Below, in pieces: positions 1 through 13,549 of a stretch of DNA of 64,000 nt. The stretch comes from Polymyxa betae A26-41 (Eukaryota; Protista; Endomyxa: Phytomyxea). Location of the stretch: assembly GCA_003693705.1 (NCBI GenBank), contig RBZT01000339.1:42088-106087 (forward strand), given 5' to 3'. A program made the translations under genes and the position numbers. How positions within the stretch are numbered: the stretch's first letter is position 1; every line of letters begins with the position of its first letter. The notes beneath the pieces were generated by a model, which did no database searches, was not told where the DNA came from, and worked only from the letters and a program-made list of their open reading frames with translations.

Positions 1-1733
1 TGATGAAGAGCATTACGGAAACCTGAAACCGACATTATTGAAGTTATTTCTCTTGAGGAGTCCGACGATGAGGCTCCTAATCAGGAGAGTCCAACATTCA
101 GACCAAACGACTACTTGTAATGTGCGAATGTTGCCATTACCCTTTTGTTTATTATTGTTCTATCCAGGATGGCGAGCAACTCAAATGGCAACCGGGATAC
201 ATCCCATAAATCAGCAATCAGCTTCAAGGTCTAGTTTTGCTATTAATCTCTGAAGTTCGCAATAACATCCTGTAAGGTTATCGAATTATCTGATGATGAT
301 GAAACCTGCCCCGTTCCTGTCAGTTGTCTCGTCCCTATCAACGAGTCTAAGACAGCAGCTGCTGCTAATTTTCGTAAAGAGAACAGTCCCGTGTATAAAG
401 ACCCCTCTGAGCAACAGAAACGACCGACTTGTTCTGCAAGTAACAAAGTGGCCGCTAAAGAAAATAACCGAGTACAGACTTGTCTATATGCCCGATTTGT
501 AATCTGAATCAGACCCAGAGAAAAGCTGCCAAAACGGCGTTGAACAAAAGTCGAAGGCTTGGTAACCAGCGTCCTCTCTGTAGATTCTCTTTGTTGAAAC
601 TGAACAGGAGCGTATTTTTGGAGTGAAGTTGTTGTGCATATACCAGAAACTGTTTGGAACAAATACGGCCCGTTTGTTAAGGAATCTATTGACCTTTTAC
701 ATGGTATTTCCCCCTTTAATTGTTTATCGCTCGATCGTAAAAGCTCTGTTAGGGGATATAAATGTTTTCTCTCTTTGTGACCGTAAGAACTGGATTACTT
801 GGGAAAGGAAACGACTCGATGACGATCTCGAGCCCGAATGTTTCGATAAAGCTAACAATCGCCTAATGTGAGTCTCGCATTCAACTATCTGAGTACTTTT
901 TTTAATGTCTCGATTTTTCAGATTAAACGAAAATTGCCCGGTTTTATCTGAAATCGCCCAGTTTAGCGCTCTGTTTTACGAAGCAGCCGATTTCATTGCT
1001 GAGTATGAGAACGGCCAGATTCTGTCCCGTATCAGGTCGGCATTGCAGACGCCCGACGCCCGAATCGCGCTCGTGGCCTTCGACCTGCGCCGCATTGTTC
1101 GTCTCAGGGCCAACAAGGCCATGCGGAAGCAGCTGGCTCAGTCATCGACAGGTATCGGTGTCCTCAAAGTACATCAGGTGTTCTGATTCCAACCGAGGTG
1201 TTTGTGACAGCACCAAAAGCACAGGATTTTCCAGTGTTGGTGAGATTGACGATTTTGCTGCTTATCTCATTAATCAGTTCGACTGTCGCTGTTCCTTCTT
1301 GAACTTCGCCAGCCTGGGTGAAGTTGGAATGTTTCTGTCTCAGACTACTCGGCATATTGCTCAGGAGCCCTATAAACCCGACGCTACTTCGTCTTTAGGT
1401 AGAAAGGGTTTATCTCATTATTTAGATTTTTGCTCTAAATTTCTTACAGGGTTCCGGCATCAAAATGTGATGAAATCAGCGGTCGTCGGCGGGATATTTA
1501 CACCTGCGATGAAGGAATGGTTCAATGTCCTTATTCGTATTCCTGGCATATCACCGAAGCGAGCGGAAGGCGTCATCAAGCGATACCCATCGTGCGCATC
1601 ATTGCTGTTAGCCTACCACAATTGTGGCTCGGACGAAGAGCGCAAACAGATGTTGAAGGACATCGAGGTTGAAGAAAAGAGACTGGGCCCTTCTGTATCC
1701 GCAACCGTATTTGATTATTTATATTCGGTTTGA
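1..1733 (+). CDS. EME1: EME1/Mms4-like crossover junction endonuclease subunit (5' end uncertain, multi-exon)
   Basis: C-terminal TRHIAQEPYK and HhH2 IRIPGISPKRAEGVIKRYPSCASLLLAYHNC...RLGPSVS match the EME1 C-terminus; acidic N-terminal exons carry SIM-like motifs (IIEVISLEESDDE, VIELSDDD). Confidence 0.75.
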
Positions 1734-1805
1734 TTCCTCAGAAATGTAATTTAATTGCAAACTGTTTATCATTGACCGAGTTGTTCTGCAAATGAGGTCA
1801 TCTTC

Positions 1806-3158
1806 AGACATGAAGGCTCCCTGTTCGTAGACCGGCTGAACAAATTCGCACATGACGAGTGCATCGTGACATTGTCGTGTATAATCCAACTAGTTGCAAT
1901 ATGGCTGCCTTTATGGCCATCATTGGCGTCGCAAATCAGATAGCAAATTTGACAAATGGGACCGATATCATTCGCGCTAATGGCTCCTTCATTCGGGCTG
2001 ATTGCTCCTTCATCAATGACCAGATTTCGTCTGATCGCCTGAATAGCGTGTCATTTACTTTCAAACCCTGTTACGGCGCTGCTTGCCTTAACAATCGAAT
2101 CGGATCCTTCACGTTTTGATTGTATCCACCTGATCAGTTCCGATGCAGACTTTAAAGCTGTAGACAATAGCAAGAAAACCGGTGATGACGGCTTCAATGC
2201 GGCAATGTTCGGCAGTGAAGCTTGCAGCCGATACAGGACACGAATCATCTCTCTCCTGTTAATTCCATCTCAGCCCAACACCATCAAGTTTTGCATGACC
2301 ATACAATCCCTGACTGTACATTTGCACACGATGCAAAGTTGACGCCTGGGACCAGTAGGGACACTGCTGACGGTCAGATCTTTGGTTGGAACTGCGAAAT
2401 TCATATTGCAGACCTGTTTCTTGCAGGATCTCGAGCAGAAATCGATGATCGATTCGAAGACGCCGTACGACCGGGCCAGTTCGAACAGGACGTGCTTGAT
2501 CATCTCAGTCCAGTGAATCTGTCTGGTCTCAACATCATGTGGGAGCAACCCGATCATCTGCCTGCTTCCCTAATCAACTTTTCCAGACCCCAAACCCCGA
2601 CACACACCCCAACCTGAGAAGGTCATGAGCTACTGCCTGTAGTCTGGCGGCCGCCAACAAATCGCTCTCGGCAATTTTCGCAGGCGGGTCCGGGAACTGT
2701 TTCAAGAACACAGGTCGATGATATTCTGGGACGAATTCGACCAGATCCTTCCATAATAATCGATTCGAGCATCGCCACCCATCCAGCTCGTCTTCCTGGC
2801 GGATCTTGATGGCATCAATGAAGCGCTCCTCCGAGACCAGCAACACGACCTGGTCGTCGATGCAGTTGCGTCGGTCCTGATCGAGGTCTCCGATTAAATC
2901 GTTCCAAAGCGAATCCAGATCTTGAGACAGGACTGCCGCCGTCTCCCTTTCCTGCGTGTATTCTGCATGTCCTGGATGGCGTCGATGTTTGGCTGGCGTT
3001 CCCGGCGAGACCGATTGAAATTCACCGAAACAGCTGTCGAAAGCCCGGTCCAGATTATCGTTGATCAGGTCGTCGATCGACACCTTCCGCAGCAGCTGTT
3101 GCTTCTGGCCCGGATTCCTATCCGCATTTGCTGGCGGGCTGGTCGCTTCCGACATCAA
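1806..3158 (-). CDS. Hypothetical multi-exon protein
   Basis: Collinear minus-strand ORFs 2574-3263, 2270-2557 and 2051-2248 separated by intron-sized gaps; no family recognised; ends approximate. Confidence 0.45.
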
Positions 3159-3553
3159 TGACAAACCTGTTGCGGCTGCCATAACATGTCGATCTGAGAG
3201 ATGAACCAGAGACGGGCAACCATCATCCAGTGTCACAATACCATCAGAGATCATGATCCACAATCAAGATCCGCTATATTTTGGACCATCCTGCGTCTTC
3301 GTAAAGAACCGATTTCGGTTAATAATTCTCTATGATAAAACTTCGCAAATCAGCTGTTATACTTGACAGGGTCGGGAAACGGTTTTAATTCTTAAGTATC
3401 GAATGAATCGATGCGGACAGAGTCTCGCTATAAGAATATGATGCCAGGTCGATAATTCATGAGCGAATACTCGGGTGAAATGCCAGCAATCAATACAGAA
3501 AATTACATTCCGATCTAGATCGATTGCTAGTACGACTCCCATTGTGACACATT

Positions 3554-6500
3554 ATGGGATCTCGGCTGAAAGGCGCCGATAGCTCGTACCAGGAGTCGGA
3601 CCAGCCGCGCCAGAAACGCAACCGAATCATCAAGCGCCTGCCCGGGTCCGTCACCATCTATGGCGCGGAGCGCTACCAGGAGCTCTTCAATATCATCTGC
3701 AAGGCGCGCGTCTCCTACTACCAGCGCTTTCTGCTCATGTATGAAGACTCGCTCGCCCATACCACCGTCGATATCGTCCTCGCTGTAAGTCCACCATCAC
3801 CTCTTTTCGAATCGTTCAACCATCTGTTATGAGTAACGTGGCCATTGTTTTCTCTAAAACGGGTTTCCAGTTTGGCGCGACCCTCCCTGAGTGTAACGTG
3901 ACCACCCTGTAGGCAGCTGGGCTGATGAGCACAGCTCTGTATATTGCCAGTACCTATTCAGACTCCAATACGATTCATCTCGTCGAGCTATGGCTGGCCA
4001 TCTTCTTCGCCGCCGACTTCTTCATTCGGCTGTCGGCTAATGGCATGGCGTTCCTGCGCAGCGCGGAGGGCATGATCGACCTGCTGGCCGTCATCCCGTT
4101 GATCTCGTCGGCCGGCGAGTTTAATGTCGACCCGCTGGTTCGCGTTGCTCGTGTCAATATCACGGTCATGAGGCTGCTGAAATCTGCAAAAATCCTACGA
4201 GTATTTCGCCTTGTTCGAATCGTTCGCGTCTATCGGGTTATCCTGCTGATGAGGGACGGCATTAAGCAGCGCCTTTTGGTTCATTTCGCTATCGGCATCG
4301 CTATCGTTTTATTCTTCGGGGGCATGTTCCAGCTTTTGGAAGACACGTTTGCCACCGATGTCGATCGCGCCTTCCACGACAGCTGCTAGTAAGATAAGTG
4401 TCAACAATTCTAATTTGTTTTCTGATATTATTTTTCCAGTTTTGCTGTGCAAACACTAACCGGTTTGGGGTATGGCGATGTCAGTATGATATCTTTGTGT
4501 ACTGTGAAGATGCTGATACTCATATCAGGTTGTTCCATCTATCATCCCAAGCCAGATTTTAGCTGTGGTGATGGCGTTCCTTGTATGGGGCCTGGTCCCT
4601 ATACATTGCGTAAAGATCATCAACATGGCACAGAGCGTCGGCTCTTGCGTCTTCCATTTCGTTCCGGGATCGCACCCACGCCAACATTGCGTCCTGGTCC
4701 TTCTGACCCATTGCACCGAACACGAAGTTGACGAATTCTTCCGCGAGTTTTTCCATCCCTGTCATGGTCCAACGCGGTTCCGGATCGCGGTGCTCGGACC
4801 TCGTGCTGTATTGGAAACGCTGGTGTCGAAACTGAGCAATAGAAATTATATCCGGCATGTGGATTTCGTTGCCGGATCGGTGTTCGACGATAACGATCTG
4901 AAACGATGCTGCTTGAATCTGGCTGCTGCTGTTTTCACCATGACTCATCGAATCTGTATTTCTCAGCAGCGCGGTATTGATGACGATAACCAGACGTTAT
5001 TGGCAGCGATATCAATCAAGAATGTCTGCCCGGAAGTGCCGCTGTATTTGCAAGTTAATAGCCTGGGTTTGGAAGAACATATTTTATGGAAAACGCTGAA
5101 CAATTTTGCGAATACTCAGCTGATTTGTGTTCGGCAATTGTCGCTGTCGTTATTGGGCCGCTCATGTTCATGCCCGGGAATGCACGTTCTCGTAGGTAAT
5201 CTGCTACAATCTACCCATTATGTTCCAGCTCATTATCCGAGCGATTCCTGGAAGGGAGAATGTAATGAAAGGAATTCGTATTTGTTTATCTGCAAAGCAG
5301 GCTGATTTTTGAATAGATCATTGGGGAAACTGTCATTCCCTCTTCCCGACGGTTTTCGGCAAATATTTTGATGGAAAGAAGTTCGCCGACTGTATCGTCC
5401 CATTGTATGAGAGCCTCGGTGTCTTGCCAATCGCCATGTCGGGCCTAACATCCAGCTCGAAAATCGAGGTCGTACTGAACCCAAGCGAGCGGGTCATCAA
5501 AGCCGGCGATCTGGTTTTTGTGATCGCCATTAGCTTGGAGAATGCGGCGGCCGTGGCGAATTTCATGCCGGACCCGAACAATGGGATTGTATCGCAATGG
5601 CGCCATTCTGAACGATTACAGACGAGCGCGCTGCGGCAAAAATACGACGCCCAAGAAGCGTTCCAGATGAAGACATGCTGCCCCAGCGGGATATCACTTC
5701 GTTCCGCACTTCACTCGAATACTGGGACCAGCACGATGTCCAGGTCTAGTACGAAACCTTTCAATCGGATTCAGTTCGGCAACCACATTGTCATCGCAGG
5801 GTTTGTTGAAGAGCACATTTTCGAATTTATTTGGAACTTGAGAAATCAGGTACCTCAATGTGATCCTGCCCATATGGGTGTTTAACAAATTCCAGGTTCA
5901 CACAGCTGATGTGCCCGTTGTGGTTGCAGTTCATGATGCCAATCTTTCTATGATGTGTTCATTGAGACGATTTTCTGGTGTCTACATAGAATCTGGGAGC
6001 CTGCAAGACGAGGCCTTCCTCGTTCGTATCAATCTGATTGCAGCCAGCCATGCCGTTCTGTTTTCGAATCCGGCTTATGCGTTCGACCCGGTCGTCATTG
6101 ATATTTCAGCGAAATCCGCCGAACAGCAGATCATTGATAGCGATCTGGAAACGATCACCAACCTCATTGCCGTTGAGAACTTTCTGGCGCGTTTTGGCCG
6201 CCTGAACGCCTCGAACTGCATCACGGAGTTCCAGTTCAGAAGCAATCTGGGATTTGTTCGGCCAAATTTCAATTCTCCGTCTAATGCTGCTTCTACAAAT
6301 TTCCATCCGGATGCTGCCGATGCTAAAGGTAATTAGGACGTTTTTGCAATTCTCGCAGTTCTTTCTAATTAACGCCTCAGTTCACTTTGCTGAAGTTCCT
6401 CAGTCGATGGCTGCGTTAAGCTTCCACTACCCTCAAGTATTTAACGTCGTACAGGCTCTTCTATACGGCAACCGATTCGGCATTGAAGAGCCGGCAGGTT

Positions 6501-7039
6501 TGGAACGGCAAGCAGGTTCTGATCCCACTATGGTTATGCAACTGAATTTGGTCCGAGTTCCAGCCAAACTGGAGAATAAGCAGTATTCTGCTCTTCTGAA
6601 GCATTTTGCGGAACAGCACGCCCATCTCTGCTTGGGACTGTTCAGAAGTAAATCACAGCGGAATGCCCCTATTCCGTATATTTTCGTGAATCCATCCCCG
6701 GATACCATTGTTTGTGAGGACGATCATGCATTTATCATTGCTCCTGTTTTGTTGAGCGAGCCAGGCCATGTCTATTCGATTCGAGATGAATCGAAAACAA
6801 AAGTTGTTACCTCCCTCTATAAGACCAGAATTCCGAATTTATCAAGCTGTTTACAAGAAATGCAAACAGACAAATCAGGAATTATTCAAATCAAAAGGCA
6901 TGCCTCTGAGAGTGCAAGCACGCTGAGAGCACGGCTATCGTTGATGGAGAAACAAAGCAGAAGCAGCAAATCAGTATTGCTTCGGGGTCTAGACAGCACC
7001 GAGTCTAAACAGCAACCGACTGTCCAATCGCAACAGTGA
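3554..7039 (+). CDS. Slo/BK-family potassium channel (6TM plus two RCK domains)
   Basis: S4 RLLKSAKILRVFRLVRIVRVYRV; spliced pore FHDSCYFAVQTLTGLGYGD; RCK motifs GSVFDDNDLKR, CSCPGMHVLVGNL, NHIVIAG, LCLGLFR, YIFVNPSPDT. Confidence 0.9.
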
Positions 7040-7073
7040 TCTGCAAATGTCGATTCAAGGCGATCAAAATATT

Positions 7074-7939
7074 TTATGGGCGCTTTTGTCGTGGTTTAAG
7101 AGAGCCAAACCAGCGCTGAATCATACCGAGCTGCCCCAGATGCACGAAAACGATTGTGGATATTCGTAGAATTGTCCAGGAATTCACATTGCGTGATAAT
7201 CGTTTGGTGGCTTGGCAAAACGTTTCAGCAGTCAAGGTATCTACAGCAAAAGGCAACGTACCAGATCGTTGCGACAGATTCATAAAGCGAAGATCACGTT
7301 GAATCGCTTCAATACGATGCAGTTTGGTTCCAATGGATGTTACTATGGACAGAAGACGCTCAGTATCCTCTGTACAACATGCTGAATTATTTGAGATTAG
7401 TCCCATTTACAAATCAACCTGTTGTTGCATGTGGGATACGTGCTAATTCATTTTTGCCAGAGTTATTTCCATCAATGATAGTAAAACTGTTTTACAATTA
7501 GACATTGCAAGAGAAGCACTTTTTTGGTCCCGACCTGATCGCTCTGCTACTGGCAACAGGCCATGCTCGATATGTAAAGCAAACATCGTGAAAATCCGTT
7601 GTTGTGGCAGCGGCCGTACGTTCAATATGATGACCAGGTCCGAATGGAACCGAACGGTAGTAAATAGTGTATCCATCAGGCGATTTGATTCTCAGGTAAA
7701 CCATGCCACGATGGTTTTCTTCTGAACGAACACTTTCATGTTTTTAGAGCGGATCCCATTGCAGTATAATTACTTTCAGGTGCTACTAAGGCTCGGAACT
7801 TGAATGGTTCCCCATCAGTGAACTTTATTTGACAGCACACCTCCTTATTGGGCTCAATTCGAAAATTGTAAGTAAGATCAGTCGATGCAGTAGTAATAAT
7901 AACTGCAGCTGCGAGCAAAAGGCCAGTGAGAAGATTCAT
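7074..7939 (-). CDS. p24/EMP24/GP25L family GOLD-domain cargo receptor
   Basis: Signal peptide, FRIEPNKEVC GOLD start, second Cys (HDVCF), coiled coil, C-terminal TM and short WF...basic tail. Confidence 0.75.
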
Positions 7940-8102
7940 TGGTGACGTTGACAGAGTCCTTGGAACAAGTCAAGATGAATGTTCGCATTATCCTGCCGCA
8001 GATTCATCAAATATTTGATTTCAACGATTACTTGATCAAGTCAAACAATTATCATTTCATGTTTTCCAACTGGCTAACTTTAATAAATAATGCCAATAAA
8101 TA

Positions 8103-10786
8103 TTAGACTGTATAACAGACTAAACTTCCGTCATAAGCACCAGAGACCAGAAATGGTGTCGTTGGGGAGTATGATAACGCAGAGATCACATCGCGCTGAG
8201 ATCTTAACCTTGTTATCCAACGACCGCTATTTAGATCGTAAACATAGCTTTGCTGGTCTTCGGAGCCTGCAGTAATGAATCTCAAACAAGGGCTTAACGC
8301 CACGCCAACCTGCTTCTGTCTGTTCAGATGCCCAACGAACCTAAGGGTCGTTCAGTTTCAGTCAGCTGGCAATCTAAGTTAATCCTACCTTCGAACAGGT
8401 CCTTTCAGTCGAATATCCCAGAGCCTGACGGTGTTATCAGCGGCGGCCGTACAGAAAAGATCTTGACGGTCCTCCGTCTGGTTGCGTAAACAGATCGAAT
8501 GTATTGGACGATCATGAGCGTTATTGGTGACCCTAATCAGAGATCCTCCAGTCCCCATATCCAAAACTGCAACAGATTATTAGTCGCGAAACTCAAAGCG
8601 TGTGGCTCACATAATAGGTCTCGATTCCTGGTGGACGCCAGAACAATATGTGAATTGTCAGAATTATAACTAGCAATTTGAGTAATCGTTCCATTCGTCT
8701 CACTGTCGTGCCTGTAAGCTGCGACACGAGAGAACTTGTAATCTTGATATGGACGATTAAGCTCGCTAGAGGCTGTGCCCAATTTATATTTGAATAAAGC
8801 AATGTCATTCCGACAGCAGAGCGCTATAAATTCGTCATTATGAAAGAACAGAGCGCCGTTAATTTCAGCAGAAAATGGCATATTGTCTTGGTTGGGTTTG
8901 CTTGAAAGGTTCGTAATAGAATGAGTGATACGACAAACAGGATCAAGACGAGGCAGCTGATAAACCGCCGCAGTCTGTATTACCATCAAAATTAACAGAT
9001 TGCTGATTAGTACCTGGAAACATTACCCGGTCGGCAGAGGCTGTTAGAATCAGTTTCGAGTCGCGGCTCCAATTGGCACTTTTTACGCTCGATGCATGTC
9101 CAGTCAAGATCTGACTATTGACTGTTTTCAATCGATGGATTCGAACGCTACTGTCTGTTGAACTTGAAAGGAAAGAGTTTCCATGAGGGGCGAAGGCTAC
9201 AGAGTTAATAGGACCATTGTGTATTGGGCGCTCCCCTTCAAGAACCTGACAGGCCATGTCAATCACTGATAAATAACAATCAAAGCTTTTGAAAGACCTG
9301 GATACGATCTATGATACGGCAACTGATGTCAAAGCTGAGAAGAAGCTCAAATACATAACAAATGAGAGCATTCACCTACGTGTTCACAGTTGGTGGTTTC
9401 GGTTGTTTGTTCTTGCTCGCTGATTTCGTTTTGATAGTGTTTTTGTAGAATAAAGAGTTAGTCTTCGAAGCTGGAGTCCCATATCCAGAGGATTTGACTT
9501 TTTTATGGAACAAAATGGGCTTGTCTAATGGTTTTTTCTTACTTGGGACCTTGGACTCTACAATAACATCAATGAAGTCGGACAATAAACCGCAAATGCA
9601 GTACTTTTCACAAACGTCGATTTTAACAGAGGTGAAGAGCCAGGCAGCTCTACATTGGATATAAATGACATATCTATTCGACGGCTCAACTTGAATTCCG
9701 AAACATTAAACTCGAGCGCAGATGTCTGGTTCGAAAAAACGAAGGTCAGAAAGCAGACAAGACTTTCCTGTAAGGGAATGATACAGCAACTTTCAGGCGT
9801 TTCTATAGAGAATCGGTGGACGAGATCCAGACTGTCGGCATGAACAATGCACACATCGGTTGATGTCACGACAGTAATGAAGTAACCGTGTTGTACGACA
9901 TTCCAAGATAAACCGATCAAAGACGTTGACTTTACCAACGTCTCAGTTTCACTTAAATCGAGTTCTAAAAATCGATATTCACCACAAGATTAAATGTTGA
10001 TGAGGAGCTCCTTACCATACTCAATATTTGTATTATCAATTCGTTCAAGCAGCTCCAGAATGTTGATTCTCCCCATATAACGACAGCCATCTTGCTCGGT
10101 ATATTCAAAAACAAAAGTATACCCGTTGGATGAGGCAATAGTGAATCTTGGTAGATGAGGGTGAGCAGAGCTGGCTATTAAAGGAGACGCGCACAGAACA
10201 GAGGATTGATAGACTAATTCTGAGTACGCCTCACCAGCCCACACTCGAAAGGTGCCATCTTCGCTAATGGCAATAAAAATATTAGCAAGAAATAAACACG
10301 AAGATGCCGACTTAAAATGCAGAGATTGTATAATTGCCCCGGAGCAGAAATCCACAAGAAGAATAGAACCGGACTCGTCAACAACTGCAAGAATTGTGAT
10401 CGAGGTGGAAAACGCAGCAAATCTAATAGATCTGGATGTGCCCAGAGGTAGAATCTTTCCAACCCTGCAACCATCAGATTCAATAATGACAATCTATTGG
10501 TTGATTATACCCACTGGGAAGAGCTAATTCTCAGCTTCTGATCATCCAACTTCCAGAAAGTCAGAGCGTCACTGGAACACGTGCAAGCAAGATTAATTCG
10601 GGCAGAGATTGCAGTAGCAGTGATCGCAGCAGCATGGTCATTCCGCCCAAGGGCGTCGACTTCGTCGTCTAGGACGCTAAATATCCGGATCGAATGAGTC
10701 TGGCGGACGACGCCGATCGCCCAGTTGCCATCGGCGCTGAGGCAGGCCAACGCTGGACGGTGCCATGGCCGCCAACTCCATGGCAT
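8103..10786 (-). CDS. WDR27: WD repeat protein 27-like
   Basis: Multiple WD40 repeats plus the DKPILFHKKVKSSGYG linker typical of WDR27; terminal TAGSEDQQSYVYDL repeat. Confidence 0.75.
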
Positions 10787-10918
10787 AGATAGCCGATAAG
10801 TTAGACAAATGACGATTTCATAAAAGGGCAAAACAGTCAAGGGGGCACCGCCACTGTGACTTCGTTACATTCATGTTGTTTATCACACCTCTATAAGGCT
10901 CTCTCTTTAAACATTCGA

Positions 10919-11642
10919 ATGACGCCGGCGGCGAGAGCAGCGAGCCTTCGGGCGGCTCTTGGCCAGCCGGGTAACGATCGCTGCGCCGACTGTCGGGCGC
11001 CGCAACCGACCTGGGCCAGCTATAACATCGGCGTGTTTCTCTGCCAGGATTGCGCCGGAATTCATAGAAGCTTGGGGACCCATGTGTCGAAAGTTCGGAG
11101 CGTGACGCTGGATGTTTGGGATCAGGACGCCATCGACAAAATGTTGTCGGCTGGAAATCGCAAGTTGGTATATTCGGAACTGGAAAAACGTTGTAACTGT
11201 AAACCTATTCAGGATAAACTCGACAATGGAGGGTTTGTTAAAACCGCATGTTAAGTTATCGCTTGATGCGAATTCGCTAACACGAGGCGCCTATATTCGA
11301 GCTAAATACATTGAGAAGAGATTCGAAAAACTGCTTGCAGCTGAATCGAAACCTGCTGATTTATTTGCTGGTCTCAATGTGCTGCCAAGACCACAATTCA
11401 ACCCTAAAGCGCCATCCCCCGTGAATAGCCAACAATCTGGCCTACTAACCCTTGGATATTGTACTGAATTACCAACTGCACAGTCCGATTACTCCAATTC
11501 CAATCATTGTCCAAATATGTTCTCTTCATTTTCATTCATTAACTCCAATGTGGAGAAATCCACAAGAAATGTACGAAGTAATGGCACAGAATTGATCAGT
11601 GACGATTCATTATTATCTTACGGCCTCTTTAACTTCAGTTAG
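10919..11642 (+). CDS. ArfGAP domain protein
   Basis: GNDRCADC...PTWASYNIGVFLCQDCAGIHRSLGTHVSKVRSVTLDVW; YIRAKY downstream. Confidence 0.92.
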
Positions 11643-11700
11643 ATGGCACTAATTCTCTCTCGAATAACAATTTTAATCAGAGTGTAATCCATTTTTTGAA

Positions 11701-13549
11701 TCAATGGACTTTCGATATATTGTCATTAAAATCTTTGAAGTCGCAATTGTTCAAAGTCGTCCTCCTCTTGGCAATTGGCAAAATCTCTCGTCGTTGCTGG
11801 CCAATATACAACTGTCTCGGCCGACCAATCTTACAGTTAGGGTCGGCAATCATCTCCTTCCAATTAACGAACCAGCCGATGGTTCGAGCGACAGCAAACA
11901 GCACCGTGAACATGGATTTCGGGATTCCCATGGCACGTAACATTACACCAGAGTAGAAATCGACATTGGGAAATAGCTTCCTCTTAATAAAATAATCGTC
12001 TTCGAGGGCGACTTTCTCCAACTTCCTGGCCAACTCCAGAATCGGGTCCGTTTCAATTTTCAGCTCATCTAAAACAGCATGGCAGACCTCTTGCATAATT
12101 TTTGCTCTCGGATCATAGTTCTGGTAGACACGATGACCAAATCTAAAGAACGCGACAATTAGCGAAATACTTGACTGGATCTTCGAGTTACCCCATAAGG
12201 CGGAATGGATCAGATTTATCCTTTGCTTTGGTTATGTAGAATGGAATACGATCTGCCTAAAGCAGAAATTAGCCACATAGAGAATGATACAGAAGTTGGA
12301 CGAACAGTGGCGATTTCTTCCAACATCTCCAAAACAGCTTGGTTAGCGCCTCTGATAAGACCGTTACAATCAATATTGACGATTATTAAATGAACTGACC
12401 CATGAGCTGCTCCCCAAAGCGTGGTGATACCACTTGCAATGCAGGCGAATGGGTTGGCGTAGCTGGAGCCGGCAATTCGGACAGTCGACGTCGAAGCGTT
12501 TTGTTCGTGGTCGGCATGCAGAATGAGCCAGACTTCTAGGGCATGCGTTAATACTGGATTCAGTTCGTAGGGCTCCGATGGCACAGAAAACATCATGTTG
12601 AGAAGATTCTCTGCATAAGACAGGCTGGTCTTTGGATAGACGAACGGCTGCCCGACACTGTATTTGTACGCCATCGCCGCAATGGTTGGCATTTTAGCGA
12701 GGAGGCGGTATGCGGCGCTAAAGCGATTCAGAGGGTTGTGAACGTCGAGATAGTCGTGATAGAATGCAGATAGCGCCCCAACTACACCAACGCAAATCGC
12801 CATCGGCTGCAAACTGAATCAGTTCTGCTTGAAAGAAAATAAGTTGTCATACATGAGCGTCGCTCTTGAACCCCTGATAGAATTGTATAAGCTTCTCATG
12901 AACCATGGTATGCCTCTAATGCTTAGTTCAATGCAAGCAAATAAGAAGCCATGTAAGATGCACCTTTATCAGGTAAGTGTGAAGCTTCTTGGCCTTCTCA
13001 TCAGGGAGATCACCATACAAGAGTAAATACTAACAACCCTTAAGAAAAAGAGCGAACATTTCACAAGCAGCATACAGTGACATCCATAAAGTCGCATTTC
13101 TCAGCCAGTTCTCCAATATCATAGCCCTGAGATAGATGTTATTCAAGCCTCAAGTGTTGCATGCACAAACACGATAGCGAAGAAGCCCGTTAGGGCCATC
13201 AATGAACGTGATCGAAGATACGCCTATAAGCCATTCCTATCAGTGACGGTTTGCTCTCCATATAGGGTACAATACATGACGATGTTGACATAAACCCTGG
13301 GTCATGGGTAAAATAACCGGTCTGAGCATACAATCCTCGAATATCAATAACCGGCGGTCCTTCAGTTCCCCTTAAGATCGGCAGCTGGACCGACTTCCTG
13401 GCCAGCAGTTAGGGCACACGAATCGGTGTCTGAATGTTGGCGTACCCATCCGGGAGCGTCACGGTCGCGCATTCCCCAGATTCAGGTGCGGTCGCTTTCG
13501 CCTCTTCATCGCATTTGACGAACCTATCGGCTAGCGCACTATGGTCCAT
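11701..13549 (-). CDS. gltA: Citrate synthase, proteobacterial GltA-like, intron-containing
   Basis: [30 protein letters not shown], spliced [43 protein letters not shown]. Confidence 0.95.
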
